A DNA stretch of 64,000 bases, from assembly GCA_000999315.1 (NCBI GenBank), contig LCFW01000003.1, positions 20,686 through 84,685 of the forward strand, given 5' to 3'. This stretch comes from Candidatus Peregrinibacteria bacterium GW2011_GWF2_43_17. Its GTDB lineage: Bacteria > Patescibacteriota > Gracilibacteria > UBA1369 > UBA12470. Under the pieces are notes generated by a model. The model made no database searches. It was not told the origin of the DNA and worked only from the letters and a program-made list of their open reading frames with translations. Positions within the stretch are counted from its first letter, which is position 1. Each line of letters begins with the position of its first letter. Below are positions 39,082-48,624 of the stretch, in pieces. A program made the position numbers and the translations under genes.

Positions 39082-41709
39082 ATGCAACCAATCGGACTGA
39101 AAACTTCGCAAATCAAAGATCTGCAGGCCAAATACGGATTAAATATCATCAAACCGAAAGGCAAAAAACCTTTAATAATACAACTTTTTGAGGAATTCAA
39201 AGACGTAATGATCGGGATTTTGATCGTCGCGGCAATATTGGCATACATCGGAGGCGAAAAGGTGGATGGAACAGTCATTTTGGGAATAGTAATCTTAAAT
39301 GCTCTGATAGGATTTTTTCAAAAATACAAAGCGGAAAAAGCGGTTGAAGCGCTTAAGAAAATGATCGAGCCGCATGCGAAAGTGATAAGAGACGGCACGG
39401 AAAAGATAATCGAAGCGAAAGATTTGGTGCCGGGAGATTTGATAATTCTTGAAGAAGGAGATCAGGTCGGAGCGGATGCAAAAGTGATAGAAGAGATTGA
39501 GCTTGAAATCAACGAATCCACCCTGACCGGCGAATCACAACCCGTTAAAAAAGATATCGAACCCAAGGACAAAAAACACCTCAACTTGGACGAACAAACC
39601 AATACGGTGTTTATGGGAACCATAATAACGAAAGGTCGAGGAAAAGCGATAGTGCTTAGAACCGGAATGGACACAATGCTCGGCAAAATCGCACACCTGA
39701 CAGCTTCGACCAAAAAAGATAAAAGTCCGCTTGAAAAAGAACTCGCGAGAATAGGAATTTTCGCGGGGAAAATAACGATAGCCTTGTCGCTAATATTGTT
39801 TGCAACGGGCTATTTCATTCAGGGTCAAAAATTCGTTGAAACATTATTGTTCGCGACATCGGTGGCGGTTGCGGCGGTACCGGAAGGATTGCCCGCAACC
39901 ATCACAATCGCGCTCGCACTGGGAGTGAAATCTTTGGCGAAAAAAAATGCGATAATGAAACAACTTTCATCCGTGGAAACTCTCGGATCCACAACCGTAA
40001 TTTGCACCGACAAAACCGGCACTCTCACGAAAAACGAAATGACGGTAAAGGAGATTTTCGTGTTTGGATACAGCATCAAGGTTGACGGTGTCGGATACGA
40101 ACCGAAAGGCTCGTTATCATCAACAAAAGTTGATCTCGAGAAGCTTTGTTTGGGAGCGATTCTTTGCAACAATTCGAGGCTCATACAGGAAAACGATCTG
40201 TGGAAAATAATCGGAGATCCGACCGAAGGAGCACTGATAACGGTCGCCGCAAAGGCGGGATTTGATTTTAATAAAATTTCAAATCAATGGAAACGAGAAT
40301 ACGAATTCCCATTTTCATCTGAGAGAAAAATGATGACGGTAATCGCAAAAAACAAATACGAAAAAAATGCACTCGCATTGTCCAAAGGAGCCCCGAATAT
40401 AATCCTTGAAAAATGCACGCATATACTGAAAAACGGCAAGGTCGAAGACCTGACAAGGGAAGATGTAAGAGAAATCGAAAACAACAACGACAAAATGTGT
40501 GAGGAAGCGAAAAGAGTCTTGGCTTTCGCATACAGAGAGACAACGAAAGAAAAAAAATACGAAGAGAAAAACATCGAAGAAGAAATGGTGTTCGTGGGTT
40601 TGATGGGCATGATAGATCCGCCAAGACCGGAAGTCGCAAACGCCGTAAAAATGACCCAAAAAGCCGGAATAAAAACTTACATAATCACGGGCGATTACGG
40701 TGCAACGGCATCTGCCATAGCAAGACAAATCGGCATGATAAAAAGTAAAAAAGTAAGAATTATAACCGGAGCGGAATTGGATACTTTGTCGGAACCGAGA
40801 CTTTCAAAAATAATGAAAGAGAACCCGGAAATAATATTCTCGAGAGTCAGCCCCGAACATAAATTGAAAATCATTTCCGTGCTGAAAAAACATGGCGAAG
40901 TGGTCGCAATGACGGGTGACGGAGTTAACGACGCCCCAGCACTAAAACGTGCGGATATCGGAGTCGCCATGGGCATAGCCGGAACGGATGTAAGCAGGGA
41001 AGCGAGCAACATGGTCCTCGCCGACGACAGTTTCGGCACAATCGTAACCGCAGTCGAAGAGGGCCGAAAAATCTACGACAATCTCAAGAAATTCATCCTA
41101 TATGTTTTCTCATGCAACATCGGAGAATTGATAACGGTTTTTGCGGCAATAATATTGAACATAGCACCTCCGCTAACCGCGATATTGATACTGTGCGTAA
41201 ACCTGGGAACCGACGTACTCCCGGCTATCGCACTTGGAGCCGACAAAGCAGACCCCGACATAATGGAAAAAAGTCCGCGTAATCCGAAAGAGAAAATTTT
41301 AAAGAGAAATTTCATAGCCCACTTCACATATCTCGGCATACTGATAGGCGGAATAACAACGGCATATTATTTTGTATTGCTACGCATGTATAACGGAGAT
41401 ACCAACGCTTATCTGAAAGCCTCCTCCTCCGCATTCGCACTGCTCGTTTTAATACAAATGTGGAACGCGCTCAATGCACGAAGCGCGAAATATTCGGTTT
41501 TCAAAATAGGATTTTTAAAAAATAAAAACCTGCTCGGCGCGATACTCATCTCGGTACTCATCGTATTGGCGCTGATCGAAATCCCGACATTGCAAAATCT
41601 GGTAGGCACCACTCACCTGTCGACAACCGAATGGCTGATAATATTCGCACTGTCTTCAACAATTTTTATCATAGAAGAATTTAGAAAATTATGGACCCGA
41701 CATATTTGA
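39082..41709 (+). CDS. cation-transporting P-type ATPase (P2, Ca2+/SERCA-PMCA-like)
   Basis: TGES, PEGLPATITIAL, ICTDKTGTLT, MTGDGVNDAPALK and 10 TM helices. ATG 39082 is preferred over 39022, which overlaps trmD. Confidence 0.9.
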   Translation: MQPIGLKTSQIKDLQAKYGLNIIKPKGKKPLIIQLFEEFKDVMIGILIVAAILAYIGGEKVDGTVILGIVILNALIGFFQKYKAEKAVEALKKMIEPHAKVIRDGTEKIIEAKDLVPGDLIILEEGDQVGADAKVIEEIELEINESTLTGESQPVKKDIEPKDKKHLNLDEQTNTVFMGTIITKGRGKAIVLRTGMDTMLGKIAHLTASTKKDKSPLEKELARIGIFAGKITIALSLILFATGYFIQGQKFVETLLFATSVAVAAVPEGLPATITIALALGVKSLAKKNAIMKQLSSVETLGSTTVICTDKTGTLTKNEMTVKEIFVFGYSIKVDGVGYEPKGSLSSTKVDLEKLCLGAILCNNSRLIQENDLWKIIGDPTEGALITVAAKAGFDFNKISNQWKREYEFPFSSERKMMTVIAKNKYEKNALALSKGAPNIILEKCTHILKNGKVEDLTREDVREIENNNDKMCEEAKRVLAFAYRETTKEKKYEEKNIEEEMVFVGLMGMIDPPRPEVANAVKMTQKAGIKTYIITGDYGATASAIARQIGMIKSKKVRIITGAELDTLSEPRLSKIMKENPEIIFSRVSPEHKLKIISVLKKHGEVVAMTGDGVNDAPALKRADIGVAMGIAGTDVSREASNMVLADDSFGTIVTAVEEGRKIYDNLKKFILYVFSCNIGELITVFAAIILNIAPPLTAILILCVNLGTDVLPAIALGADKADPDIMEKSPRNPKEKILKRNFIAHFTYLGILIGGITTAYYFVLLRMYNGDTNAYLKASSSAFALLVLIQMWNALNARSAKYSVFKIGFLKNKNLLGAILISVLIVLALIEIPTLQNLVGTTHLSTTEWLIIFALSSTIFIIEEFRKLWTRHI

Positions 41710-41921
41710 GAGTAAAAGTCATCCCCAAAAGTTCTAAAACCGAGTTGGTCGAGACAATGGCCGACGGAACCCTCAAAATACGAGTAAAAGCACCCCCGGA
41801 AAAAGGCAAAGCCAACAAGGAACTCATAAAATTCCTTGCGGAACATTTCGGCACACGCAAAGAATCAATCACGATAATCAGCGGCAAAACGGATCACATA
41901 AAATTAATCAAAATTGCTTAA
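41691..41921 (+). CDS. DUF167 (YggU-like) family protein
   Basis: 76 aa. LRVKVIPKSSKTELV...IRVKAPPEKGKANKELIKFLAEHFG matches the DUF167 pattern. Confidence 0.75.
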   Translation: MDPTYLRVKVIPKSSKTELVETMADGTLKIRVKAPPEKGKANKELIKFLAEHFGTRKESITIISGKTDHIKLIKIA

Positions 41922-42699
41922 AGCGAAAAAAAACTTGGGACAGAATTTTCTTACGAATAAAGAAACTCTCGCGGAAATAATTACTGCGGCAAACATAAAA
42001 CCAACCGATCAAATAATCGAAATCGGTCCGGGACACGGAGTATTAACCACCGAACTCGTCAAAAAAGCCGAGCACGTCACGGCGATCGAGCTTGATCCGG
42101 ATTTAATTCCGGAGCTCAAAGTGGAATTCCTGAACACGAAAAATTTCGACCTGATACACGGAAACGCTCTCGACTTCACCCCTCCGAAAACACCGTACAA
42201 ACTTGTCGCCAACATCCCCTATTACATCACCTCTCCGATAATAAATCACTTTTTGCGCGAACAACCGTCGAAAATGCGCCCAACTCAAATCGTACTTTTG
42301 GTTCAAAAAGAGGTCGCGGAAAAAATCTGCGCAAAAGAAGGAGATTTTAGTGTTCTCTCTCTGCAAGTACGCCTTTTCGGCACACCAACGATAATCGCGA
42401 AAGTCCCGGCGGAACATTTCTCCCCCGCCCCGAAAGTTGATTCCGCAATCTTAAAAATCGACATACAAAACCCGCGAATGAATGAAACCGAAATCATGAA
42501 GTTTTTCAAAATAGTGCACGTCGGATTTTCACACAAAAGAAAAAAACTGATAAACAACCTGTCGCAACTCGCGAACGTAAACAAGGAAAATTTGAAAACA
42601 ACCTTCGCAAAACTCAAACTCGATGAAAACTTAAGAGCCGAACATCTGACGACAAAAGAGTGGCTGGACTTGCTAAAAAGCCTGGGTATGGTATTGTAA
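41914..42699 (+). CDS. rsmA: 16S rRNA (adenine1518/1519-N6)-dimethyltransferase
   Basis: KKNLGQNFL, IIEIGPGHGVLT and ANIPYYITSPI motifs. TTG start at 41914. Confidence 0.93.
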   Translation: MLKAKKNLGQNFLTNKETLAEIITAANIKPTDQIIEIGPGHGVLTTELVKKAEHVTAIELDPDLIPELKVEFLNTKNFDLIHGNALDFTPPKTPYKLVANIPYYITSPIINHFLREQPSKMRPTQIVLLVQKEVAEKICAKEGDFSVLSLQVRLFGTPTIIAKVPAEHFSPAPKVDSAILKIDIQNPRMNETEIMKFFKIVHVGFSHKRKKLINNLSQLANVNKENLKTTFAKLKLDENLRAEHLTTKEWLDLLKSLGMVL

Positions 42700-42718
42700 G
42701 CGGCCTTAACTTTATATT

Positions 42719-43657
42719 ATGAGTACTGCGCTTGAATCGGAAGTATATCCGCATAATCCGAACATGCTCGAAAAATTCCAAGCCGCTTTGGCGAAAGTGG
42801 TCGACAGATTGGAACAAAGAACGGAAATCGATAGAAATAATTTATACGAATTGCCTCGGACTTTGCGCACAACGGTTGAAAATTTGGCAACAAGTTATCA
42901 GGCAAGCGAACAAAGAGCGATAAACGCCGCCAAGACTTACCCGGAAAAAACGGCTCCGGCGGAAAATGATTTGCATTCACTGCCTTCTCCAAGAGATGTC
43001 ACCACCGAACTCAACAAGTTGGGAACGAACAAATTGGCAACGATCAGACACGATTTAAGAGAATTCCGAGCGCAATTCGACATAAGCGCGAATCAAACAC
43101 GCATCAGAGTCGAAATCGGCACCATCCCCGGTGCAATAATAGGAATTTTCCAAACGGAAACTGCAATACAAACAACAATACTGGCGGAACTGCTAAACGT
43201 TCTGGATTTGATAATAGAAACATGCACCAATATAATAAAAACAAGAAAAACAGACGCCATAACAACGAGACTCGCGGAATTGGACAGAATTGAAACTCGC
43301 CAACTTAAAGGCGCGATCAGCTATGTACGATTACATAACGGAGCTAAAATCTTCGACGCGCTCGATGCCGCTTTAATGGCATTTGCAAACGTAAGACTTA
43401 GCTCGTACATTACGAATCAAGGCGGGAAACCCGCAATAACAATTTACGACAGAGAAGGTGAAAAAGTCGTCCCCTACCCGATCCAAGTCGCCCTCCCGAA
43501 ACTCGCAAAAGCTCTCGGCGAAGAAGAAGGTCGCACGGAAATCGAACAATATCTGCGCCACATATTCGGACTGCCGAATGCAACGCCACCTCACAGCGCA
43601 AACAAAGAAGCATTCGAGGAAGAAATGGAACTAAGGCTCCAAGCGATCGGCCTTTAA
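42719..43657 (+). CDS. hypothetical protein
   Basis: 312-aa ORF with no TM helices, no signal peptide and no recognisable motif. Its 3' end overlaps the convergent REC-HK gene by 27 nt. Confidence 0.55.
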   Translation: MSTALESEVYPHNPNMLEKFQAALAKVVDRLEQRTEIDRNNLYELPRTLRTTVENLATSYQASEQRAINAAKTYPEKTAPAENDLHSLPSPRDVTTELNKLGTNKLATIRHDLREFRAQFDISANQTRIRVEIGTIPGAIIGIFQTETAIQTTILAELLNVLDLIIETCTNIIKTRKTDAITTRLAELDRIETRQLKGAISYVRLHNGAKIFDALDAALMAFANVRLSSYITNQGGKPAITIYDREGEKVVPYPIQVALPKLAKALGEEEGRTEIEQYLRHIFGLPNATPPHSANKEAFEEEMELRLQAIGL

Positions 43658-45097
43658 TCTGATTTCGAATTGCTTGGTCGCACCTTTGGGCAACAATGTT
43701 CCGTCGTTAATTCTGGATTTGGAACCGACATAAATATCCTTGATGTTAACATATCCTCGCTTACCACTTCGTTGCGTCAAAGAAACATACCCGTTCAATC
43801 TGCGAAGAACTTTCGCCATGCTTAGAAGCCCTTTACCGGACCCCGAAGATAAATCATCTCCATTAGCTACAATTCTGCTGTCAAAAAGAGCGTCTAGCTT
43901 ATCATCGGGGAAAGGGGCGATATTGTCGGCGATTTTAATTACAACATTTTGACCGTCGAAAGAAATATCAATATCCATCCACGAATTCCTGGGACGAGAA
44001 GCCGGCGTACCGCACTGCCAGAACTTCTCTTCACAGCCTCTTTGAAAATTCACCACGAAATTTCTAAGAACACTATGCAACCATCCGGTCGGGACCTTAA
44101 CGGTAACCCCTTCCGGAACATTCACGACCACTCGATTATGAGTACCTTCGAGATATTGAAACCGCTCAAAAAACGCTTTCACATCCACATCTTCATGGAA
44201 TCCGCCGACCTCGAATCCTTGCTTTAAAATTCCGATTTGTTCCCCGACAAAAGCAACCAGCTTCTTTCGTTTTCGTTCTTTTCTTCGTTGCGCGACATCG
44301 GTATCACCATCACTCAACCCCTCATCAAACGCACTTAACGCATTTCTAAGGTCGTGCAAAAAATCCGCCATTACAAAATTCCCAAACTCTCTCATGCCGG
44401 CAGTTCGCACGAGAAATAATCCTATCTTTGAATTGGTAAATCTTTTTAAAAATTCAACATCGGCATTCTCGCTATCACCGATCTTTGAAAAAAACTTTTT
44501 GAGAACGGAAAACCACCGTTTGCCGATTTCAGGTGATGCAAAAGCGATTTCAGTAGTATCGTCCAAAATAACACCCTCCACGTAATTGAGAAAATCTCTT
44601 GCAGACAAATCGAATGTGGAAGGTTCGCCAAGATGTTGAACCTTCTGTCCCCCGATTAAACAAGCGGCTACCGGCAATTCACTCGAAGAAGTAACCCTTG
44701 TACCATTTAACACAAATGCTAGACCGACATCAATCAGTCGCTTAAAAATAGCGAGTCTGAATGGCTTGCTCAAATAAACCATTTGAACATCGGTACCGCA
44801 CGGCAATAACACAACATCACCATAATTCGACCCACTGATTACAATTAGCATCAATCTTCGACGAGTAACCTTGGTAATTTCCGCAACAATATCCCTTCGA
44901 ACCATTTCCCCCAAATCCCAAACCGCAATGTCGGGACTGACATCACCTTTTTCGATACCATCCATCGCTTGAAAATAACTTTCGGCGGAACAAACATCTA
45001 AAGACACCGGCAATGTCGCTAAAAACTCTTCCAGCATCTCCCGAAGATCACAATCATCCTCCACCACCAGTATTGTTGTCGGTTTTTCGCCCACCAT
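43631..45097 (-). CDS. hybrid response-regulator receiver / histidine kinase
   Basis: N-terminal REC (ILVVEDDCDL, IAVWDL, ISGS, LSKPF). H-box FLHDLRNALSA. HATPase_c with an N-box (NFVVNF) and a G2 box (SGSGKGLLSM), but the G1 box is degenerate. ATG 45097 is preferred over GTG 45133. Confidence 0.75.
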   Translation of the reverse strand: MVGEKPTTILVVEDDCDLREMLEEFLATLPVSLDVCSAESYFQAMDGIEKGDVSPDIAVWDLGEMVRRDIVAEITKVTRRRLMLIVISGSNYGDVVLLPCGTDVQMVYLSKPFRLAIFKRLIDVGLAFVLNGTRVTSSSELPVAACLIGGQKVQHLGEPSTFDLSARDFLNYVEGVILDDTTEIAFASPEIGKRWFSVLKKFFSKIGDSENADVEFLKRFTNSKIGLFLVRTAGMREFGNFVMADFLHDLRNALSAFDEGLSDGDTDVAQRRKERKRKKLVAFVGEQIGILKQGFEVGGFHEDVDVKAFFERFQYLEGTHNRVVVNVPEGVTVKVPTGWLHSVLRNFVVNFQRGCEEKFWQCGTPASRPRNSWMDIDISFDGQNVVIKIADNIAPFPDDKLDALFDSRIVANGDDLSSGSGKGLLSMAKVLRRLNGYVSLTQRSGKRGYVNIKDIYVGSKSRINDGTLLPKGATKQFEIRLKADRLEP

Positions 45098-45124
45098 CCC
45101 CGATTTATGATATAAAAGAACCGC

Positions 45125-45152
45125 ATTATACACCCAAAGACGATTTTGTCCA
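45125..45152 (-). promoter_or_regulatory. candidate promoter of the REC-HK gene
   Basis: On the minus strand: TGGACA (45152-45147), 16-nt spacer, TATAAT (45130-45125). It lies 28 nt upstream of ATG 45097. Confidence 0.5.
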
Positions 45153-45193
45153 GAGCTAGTTCCGATAAGAATCGGTGGTTCGGATCGCCAAAA

Positions 45194-46069
45194 TCAAATG
45201 GCTTTTTGCAATTCCTTCGCCATCTTCTTAACCGCATCCCGAGCGGCATCTTTATAACCGTCCGGACCATGTTTCGATCCTTCATAAGCAAAAATTATTC
45301 CCCTGCTTGAATTAACAATCGCACCAAGGCCATCTTTATTGAAACAAGGCTTAACATCGACCACACCACCACCCTGCGCTCCATATCCCGGCACCAAAAA
45401 GATCGTTTTTGGCATTATTTTTCGAAGAACCCTGGCTTGATCCGGGAATGTCGCCCCGACGACTGCTCCAACGCTCGAATATCCGCTCTCGGAAATCTCA
45501 TCTGCGCCCCATGATTCAACAAAATGACCCATCATCTCGTAAACTTTCAACTTCCCGTCAGGTATCACGACTTCGCAATCTTGCAGTTCACCCGATGATT
45601 TGTTTGAAGTTTTTACCAAAACAAAAATCCCCTTCCCGTATTTCTTACAAGCCTCGATAAACGGCTTAACCCCGTCATATCCCAAGTATGGAGTAACCGT
45701 CACCGCATCCGCCTTAACCGCGCCGCCGCTCAAAAAAGCCTCGGCATAACCTTCCGCCGTAGACCCAATATCGTTTCGTTTCGCATCGGCGATAACAAGC
45801 AACCCTTTCGACTGCGCATATTCGCAAGTTTTTTCAAAAGCGGCATACCCTCCCGACCCATATTGTTCATAAAAAGCTATTTGCGGTTTCACAACCGGCA
45901 CCAAATCGGCAACGGCATCAATTATCCCCTTATTAAATTCGAGAAAAGTTTCCGCCGGGCTCCCTTTTTTCACGCAAGTCGGCATCTGCGCCATACGAGG
46001 ATCCAGCCCGACACAAATCGGATTACCTTTCGCTTTTATTGCCGCAATTAATTTGTCTGCAAAATTCAT
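45194..46069 (-). CDS. pyrF: orotidine 5'-phosphate decarboxylase (type 2)
   Basis: 291 aa with NPICVGLDP and VIADAKRNDIGSTA motifs. Confidence 0.92.
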   Translation of the reverse strand: MNFADKLIAAIKAKGNPICVGLDPRMAQMPTCVKKGSPAETFLEFNKGIIDAVADLVPVVKPQIAFYEQYGSGGYAAFEKTCEYAQSKGLLVIADAKRNDIGSTAEGYAEAFLSGGAVKADAVTVTPYLGYDGVKPFIEACKKYGKGIFVLVKTSNKSSGELQDCEVVIPDGKLKVYEMMGHFVESWGADEISESGYSSVGAVVGATFPDQARVLRKIMPKTIFLVPGYGAQGGGVVDVKPCFNKDGLGAIVNSSRGIIFAYEGSKHGPDGYKDAARDAVKKMAKELQKAI

Positions 46070-46081
46070 ATGAGTTACGAG

Positions 46082-46735
46082 TTACAGGTTAAGCCCTACC
46101 CTACCTCCCCACTCCCCCGGATTCGCCTTGAACTCCTTTATCACCTCGACCTTATCCGCCAGAATATCACCCCTTTCCGCCGCCAACCCTATCAAATCCG
46201 TAAAACCGGTCAAATTCGTCAAATTCACATTGCCTTCCTTAAATGCCGCTATCGCTTTCGGCATCTCCCAACTTACAATCGCAAAAATATCCGCCACCTC
46301 GCACTTCCCCTCTTTTCTGACAACCTCGGCAACTTTTACACTACTTCTACCGGTCGAAATCAAATCCTCAACAATCAAAACTCGACTCCCTTCTTTCAAA
46401 TCACCTTCGATTTGCTTCCCGGCACCATGAGCCTTCGGCTCGGGACGAATATAAATCATCGGTTTTTTAAGCTCATAAGCCAAAAATGCCGCCCACGGAA
46501 TCGCCGCAGTCGCAGTCCCGCCGATATAATCCGGCTCCAACCCTTTTTCTTTTATTTTTTCTTTAAAAGCTTTAACAATCAAATCTCTGCCCTCAACATG
46601 CGAAATCATCATTCTGTTATCGCAATAAACGGGAGCCTTAATTCCTGAAACCCAAGTAAACGGAGGATCGATACGAACCTTAACGGCACCGATATCGAGA
46701 AGAGCGGTCGCAACTTTTCTAGAAATGTTTTCCAT
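46082..46735 (-). CDS. pyrE: orotate phosphoribosyltransferase
   Basis: 217 aa with PRPP-binding loop VLIVEDLISTGRSS. Confidence 0.92.
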   Translation of the reverse strand: MENISRKVATALLDIGAVKVRIDPPFTWVSGIKAPVYCDNRMMISHVEGRDLIVKAFKEKIKEKGLEPDYIGGTATAAIPWAAFLAYELKKPMIYIRPEPKAHGAGKQIEGDLKEGSRVLIVEDLISTGRSSVKVAEVVRKEGKCEVADIFAIVSWEMPKAIAAFKEGNVNLTNLTGFTDLIGLAAERGDILADKVEVIKEFKANPGEWGGRVGLNL

Positions 46736-46738
46736 AAT

Positions 46739-47566
46739 TTACCAGTTAATTTTAAGTCCCACGTTATCCCGATGCCACTTCGCCAAGCCGCTGATTTTTC
46801 TCGCCATCTCCCCTCTCATTACCGGCCCTTTTTTGCAAACAGGCACACCCAAACCGTCAACACAACAATTCCCGCACACACCGGTCCCACACTTCATATA
46901 TCTTTCAATCGAAACCTCTATCGGCACATCAGCTTTCTCGCAAATATCCATCGCGGATTTCATCATAACCTCGGGCCCGCAAGTAGCCACGAAAAGCTCT
47001 GCGATTCCGTGGCCATCAGATGAGCCGTTTTGTTCCGCAAGAAGTTTCTCTAAAATCAACGTATTATACCCCTTCATGCCAACACTTCCGTCATCAGTCG
47101 CAATATGCAAGCTCACGTTTTCCATTTTTGAAATCATCTCGGTATACAAAAGTAAATCTTTGTTCTTCGCACCAACGATAAACTCAACTTTGCACCCATT
47201 CTTGACAGACTCGTGAGCCAAAAAATACAAAGGCGCCGCGCCATAACCTCCGGCAAGAAGAACGATATGTTTGTTTTTCAAAACCGTATATCCGTTCCCA
47301 TAAGGCCCCCTCACCCCCAACTTTGAACCTTTAACGAAATCTTTATGTAATTTTTTCGTAAAAGGTCCGACCGCCGCAATCGTCAGCCAAAACTCCTTAT
47401 CGTCGCAATAAGCCACAGAAAACGGCTTTTCGTCCACGCGAGGCATCCATACATTCACAAACTGCCCCGGCTTCGCCCCCAAATTGCCTTTGAAAATATA
47501 AGTTTTCACCATCGGATTCTCCATCCTCACCTCCACGATTTTCAGCACTCTTGGAATATCGTTCAT
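46739..47566 (-). CDS. pyrK: dihydroorotate dehydrogenase electron-transfer subunit
   Basis: 275 aa with an FAD/NAD-binding fold and the C-terminal 2Fe-2S motif CGTGVCGNCC. Confidence 0.9.
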   Translation of the reverse strand: MNDIPRVLKIVEVRMENPMVKTYIFKGNLGAKPGQFVNVWMPRVDEKPFSVAYCDDKEFWLTIAAVGPFTKKLHKDFVKGSKLGVRGPYGNGYTVLKNKHIVLLAGGYGAAPLYFLAHESVKNGCKVEFIVGAKNKDLLLYTEMISKMENVSLHIATDDGSVGMKGYNTLILEKLLAEQNGSSDGHGIAELFVATCGPEVMMKSAMDICEKADVPIEVSIERYMKCGTGVCGNCCVDGLGVPVCKKGPVMRGEMARKISGLAKWHRDNVGLKINW

Positions 47567-47567
47567 A

Positions 47568-48512
47568 TTATTTCTTTAAAGCTTTTCCAACTATGTTTTG
47601 CAAATTTGCCACCTTGTTCTCAACCATCCATTCTTCAATCTCGGCAACAACGCTCGAGAAAACCTCGACACCTCGATAATAAACACCGGCTCCGATTCCA
47701 ACCAAACTCGCCCCGGCCATCATAAACTCAATCACGTCTCTGCCGGTCATAACACCACCCATACCGATAATCGGAATCTTCACGGCACTCGCTGTGTCCC
47801 AAACCTTCTTCACGGCAAGCGGCTTAATCCCCGGCCCGCTCACGCCACCAACTTTATTCGCCAAAATCGGCTCCGCAGTATCAATATCTATCACCATCCC
47901 CGGTCCAAAAGTATTCGCAACGGTAAGCCCCTCCGCACCACTCGCCTCGCAAGCTTTCGCAATCTCGCCGATATTTCCAACATTCGGAGAAAGCTTCACG
48001 ATCACGGGAATTTTACCCGCATTTTTCTTAACAATTTCTGTCGCCGCACCGGCAGAAATCGCACAATGCGCAAACGGTCGACCAAACTCATCCTCAACAT
48101 TCGGACAAGAAATATTCACTTCTATAATGTCCGGTCCTATTTGTCGCATACCTTTCGCAATCTCGGCAAAATCTTTAATCGAACCCGCAACTATATTCCC
48201 AATCAAAGGCACTTGTTTTTCTTCGGGCTGAGACTCGTTCCACTCCATATATTTTTTCAACTCCTCACGCGCTTTTTCAATACCTCCATCAGGCAATCCG
48301 ACCGCGTTTATATAAAAATTCTGCGTCCCCATCATGACTGGCCCGGGATGCCCGTCGTGACGCGTCAACCAAACGGATTTGGAAGTCACGCCGCCGGCAC
48401 CATTTATAACCACGTTTTTAAGCGAATCCCCCACAACACCCAAAATGCCCGATGCGAGTACCGTCGGGTTAGGGAAAGTAACGCCGCAAAAGTTTATTGT
48501 CATGTTCATCAA
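47568..48512 (-). CDS. pyrD: dihydroorotate dehydrogenase, class 1B catalytic subunit
   Basis: 314 aa with FPNPTVLASG, NISCPN, SPNV and GGV.TG motifs. Confidence 0.93.
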   Translation of the reverse strand: MMNMTINFCGVTFPNPTVLASGILGVVGDSLKNVVINGAGGVTSKSVWLTRHDGHPGPVMMGTQNFYINAVGLPDGGIEKAREELKKYMEWNESQPEEKQVPLIGNIVAGSIKDFAEIAKGMRQIGPDIIEVNISCPNVEDEFGRPFAHCAISAGAATEIVKKNAGKIPVIVKLSPNVGNIGEIAKACEASGAEGLTVANTFGPGMVIDIDTAEPILANKVGGVSGPGIKPLAVKKVWDTASAVKIPIIGMGGVMTGRDVIEFMMAGASLVGIGAGVYYRGVEVFSSVVAEIEEWMVENKVANLQNIVGKALKK

Positions 48513-48624
48513 AAAAGACTTTATTGGAAAACAGATTTAAAGTCAAAATTTGCCACATATCAACGAAAGGGCGGCTCATCAAATTCGAGATCATCTTTCG
48601 AACCTTCGCTTATAGGTTCTTGCC

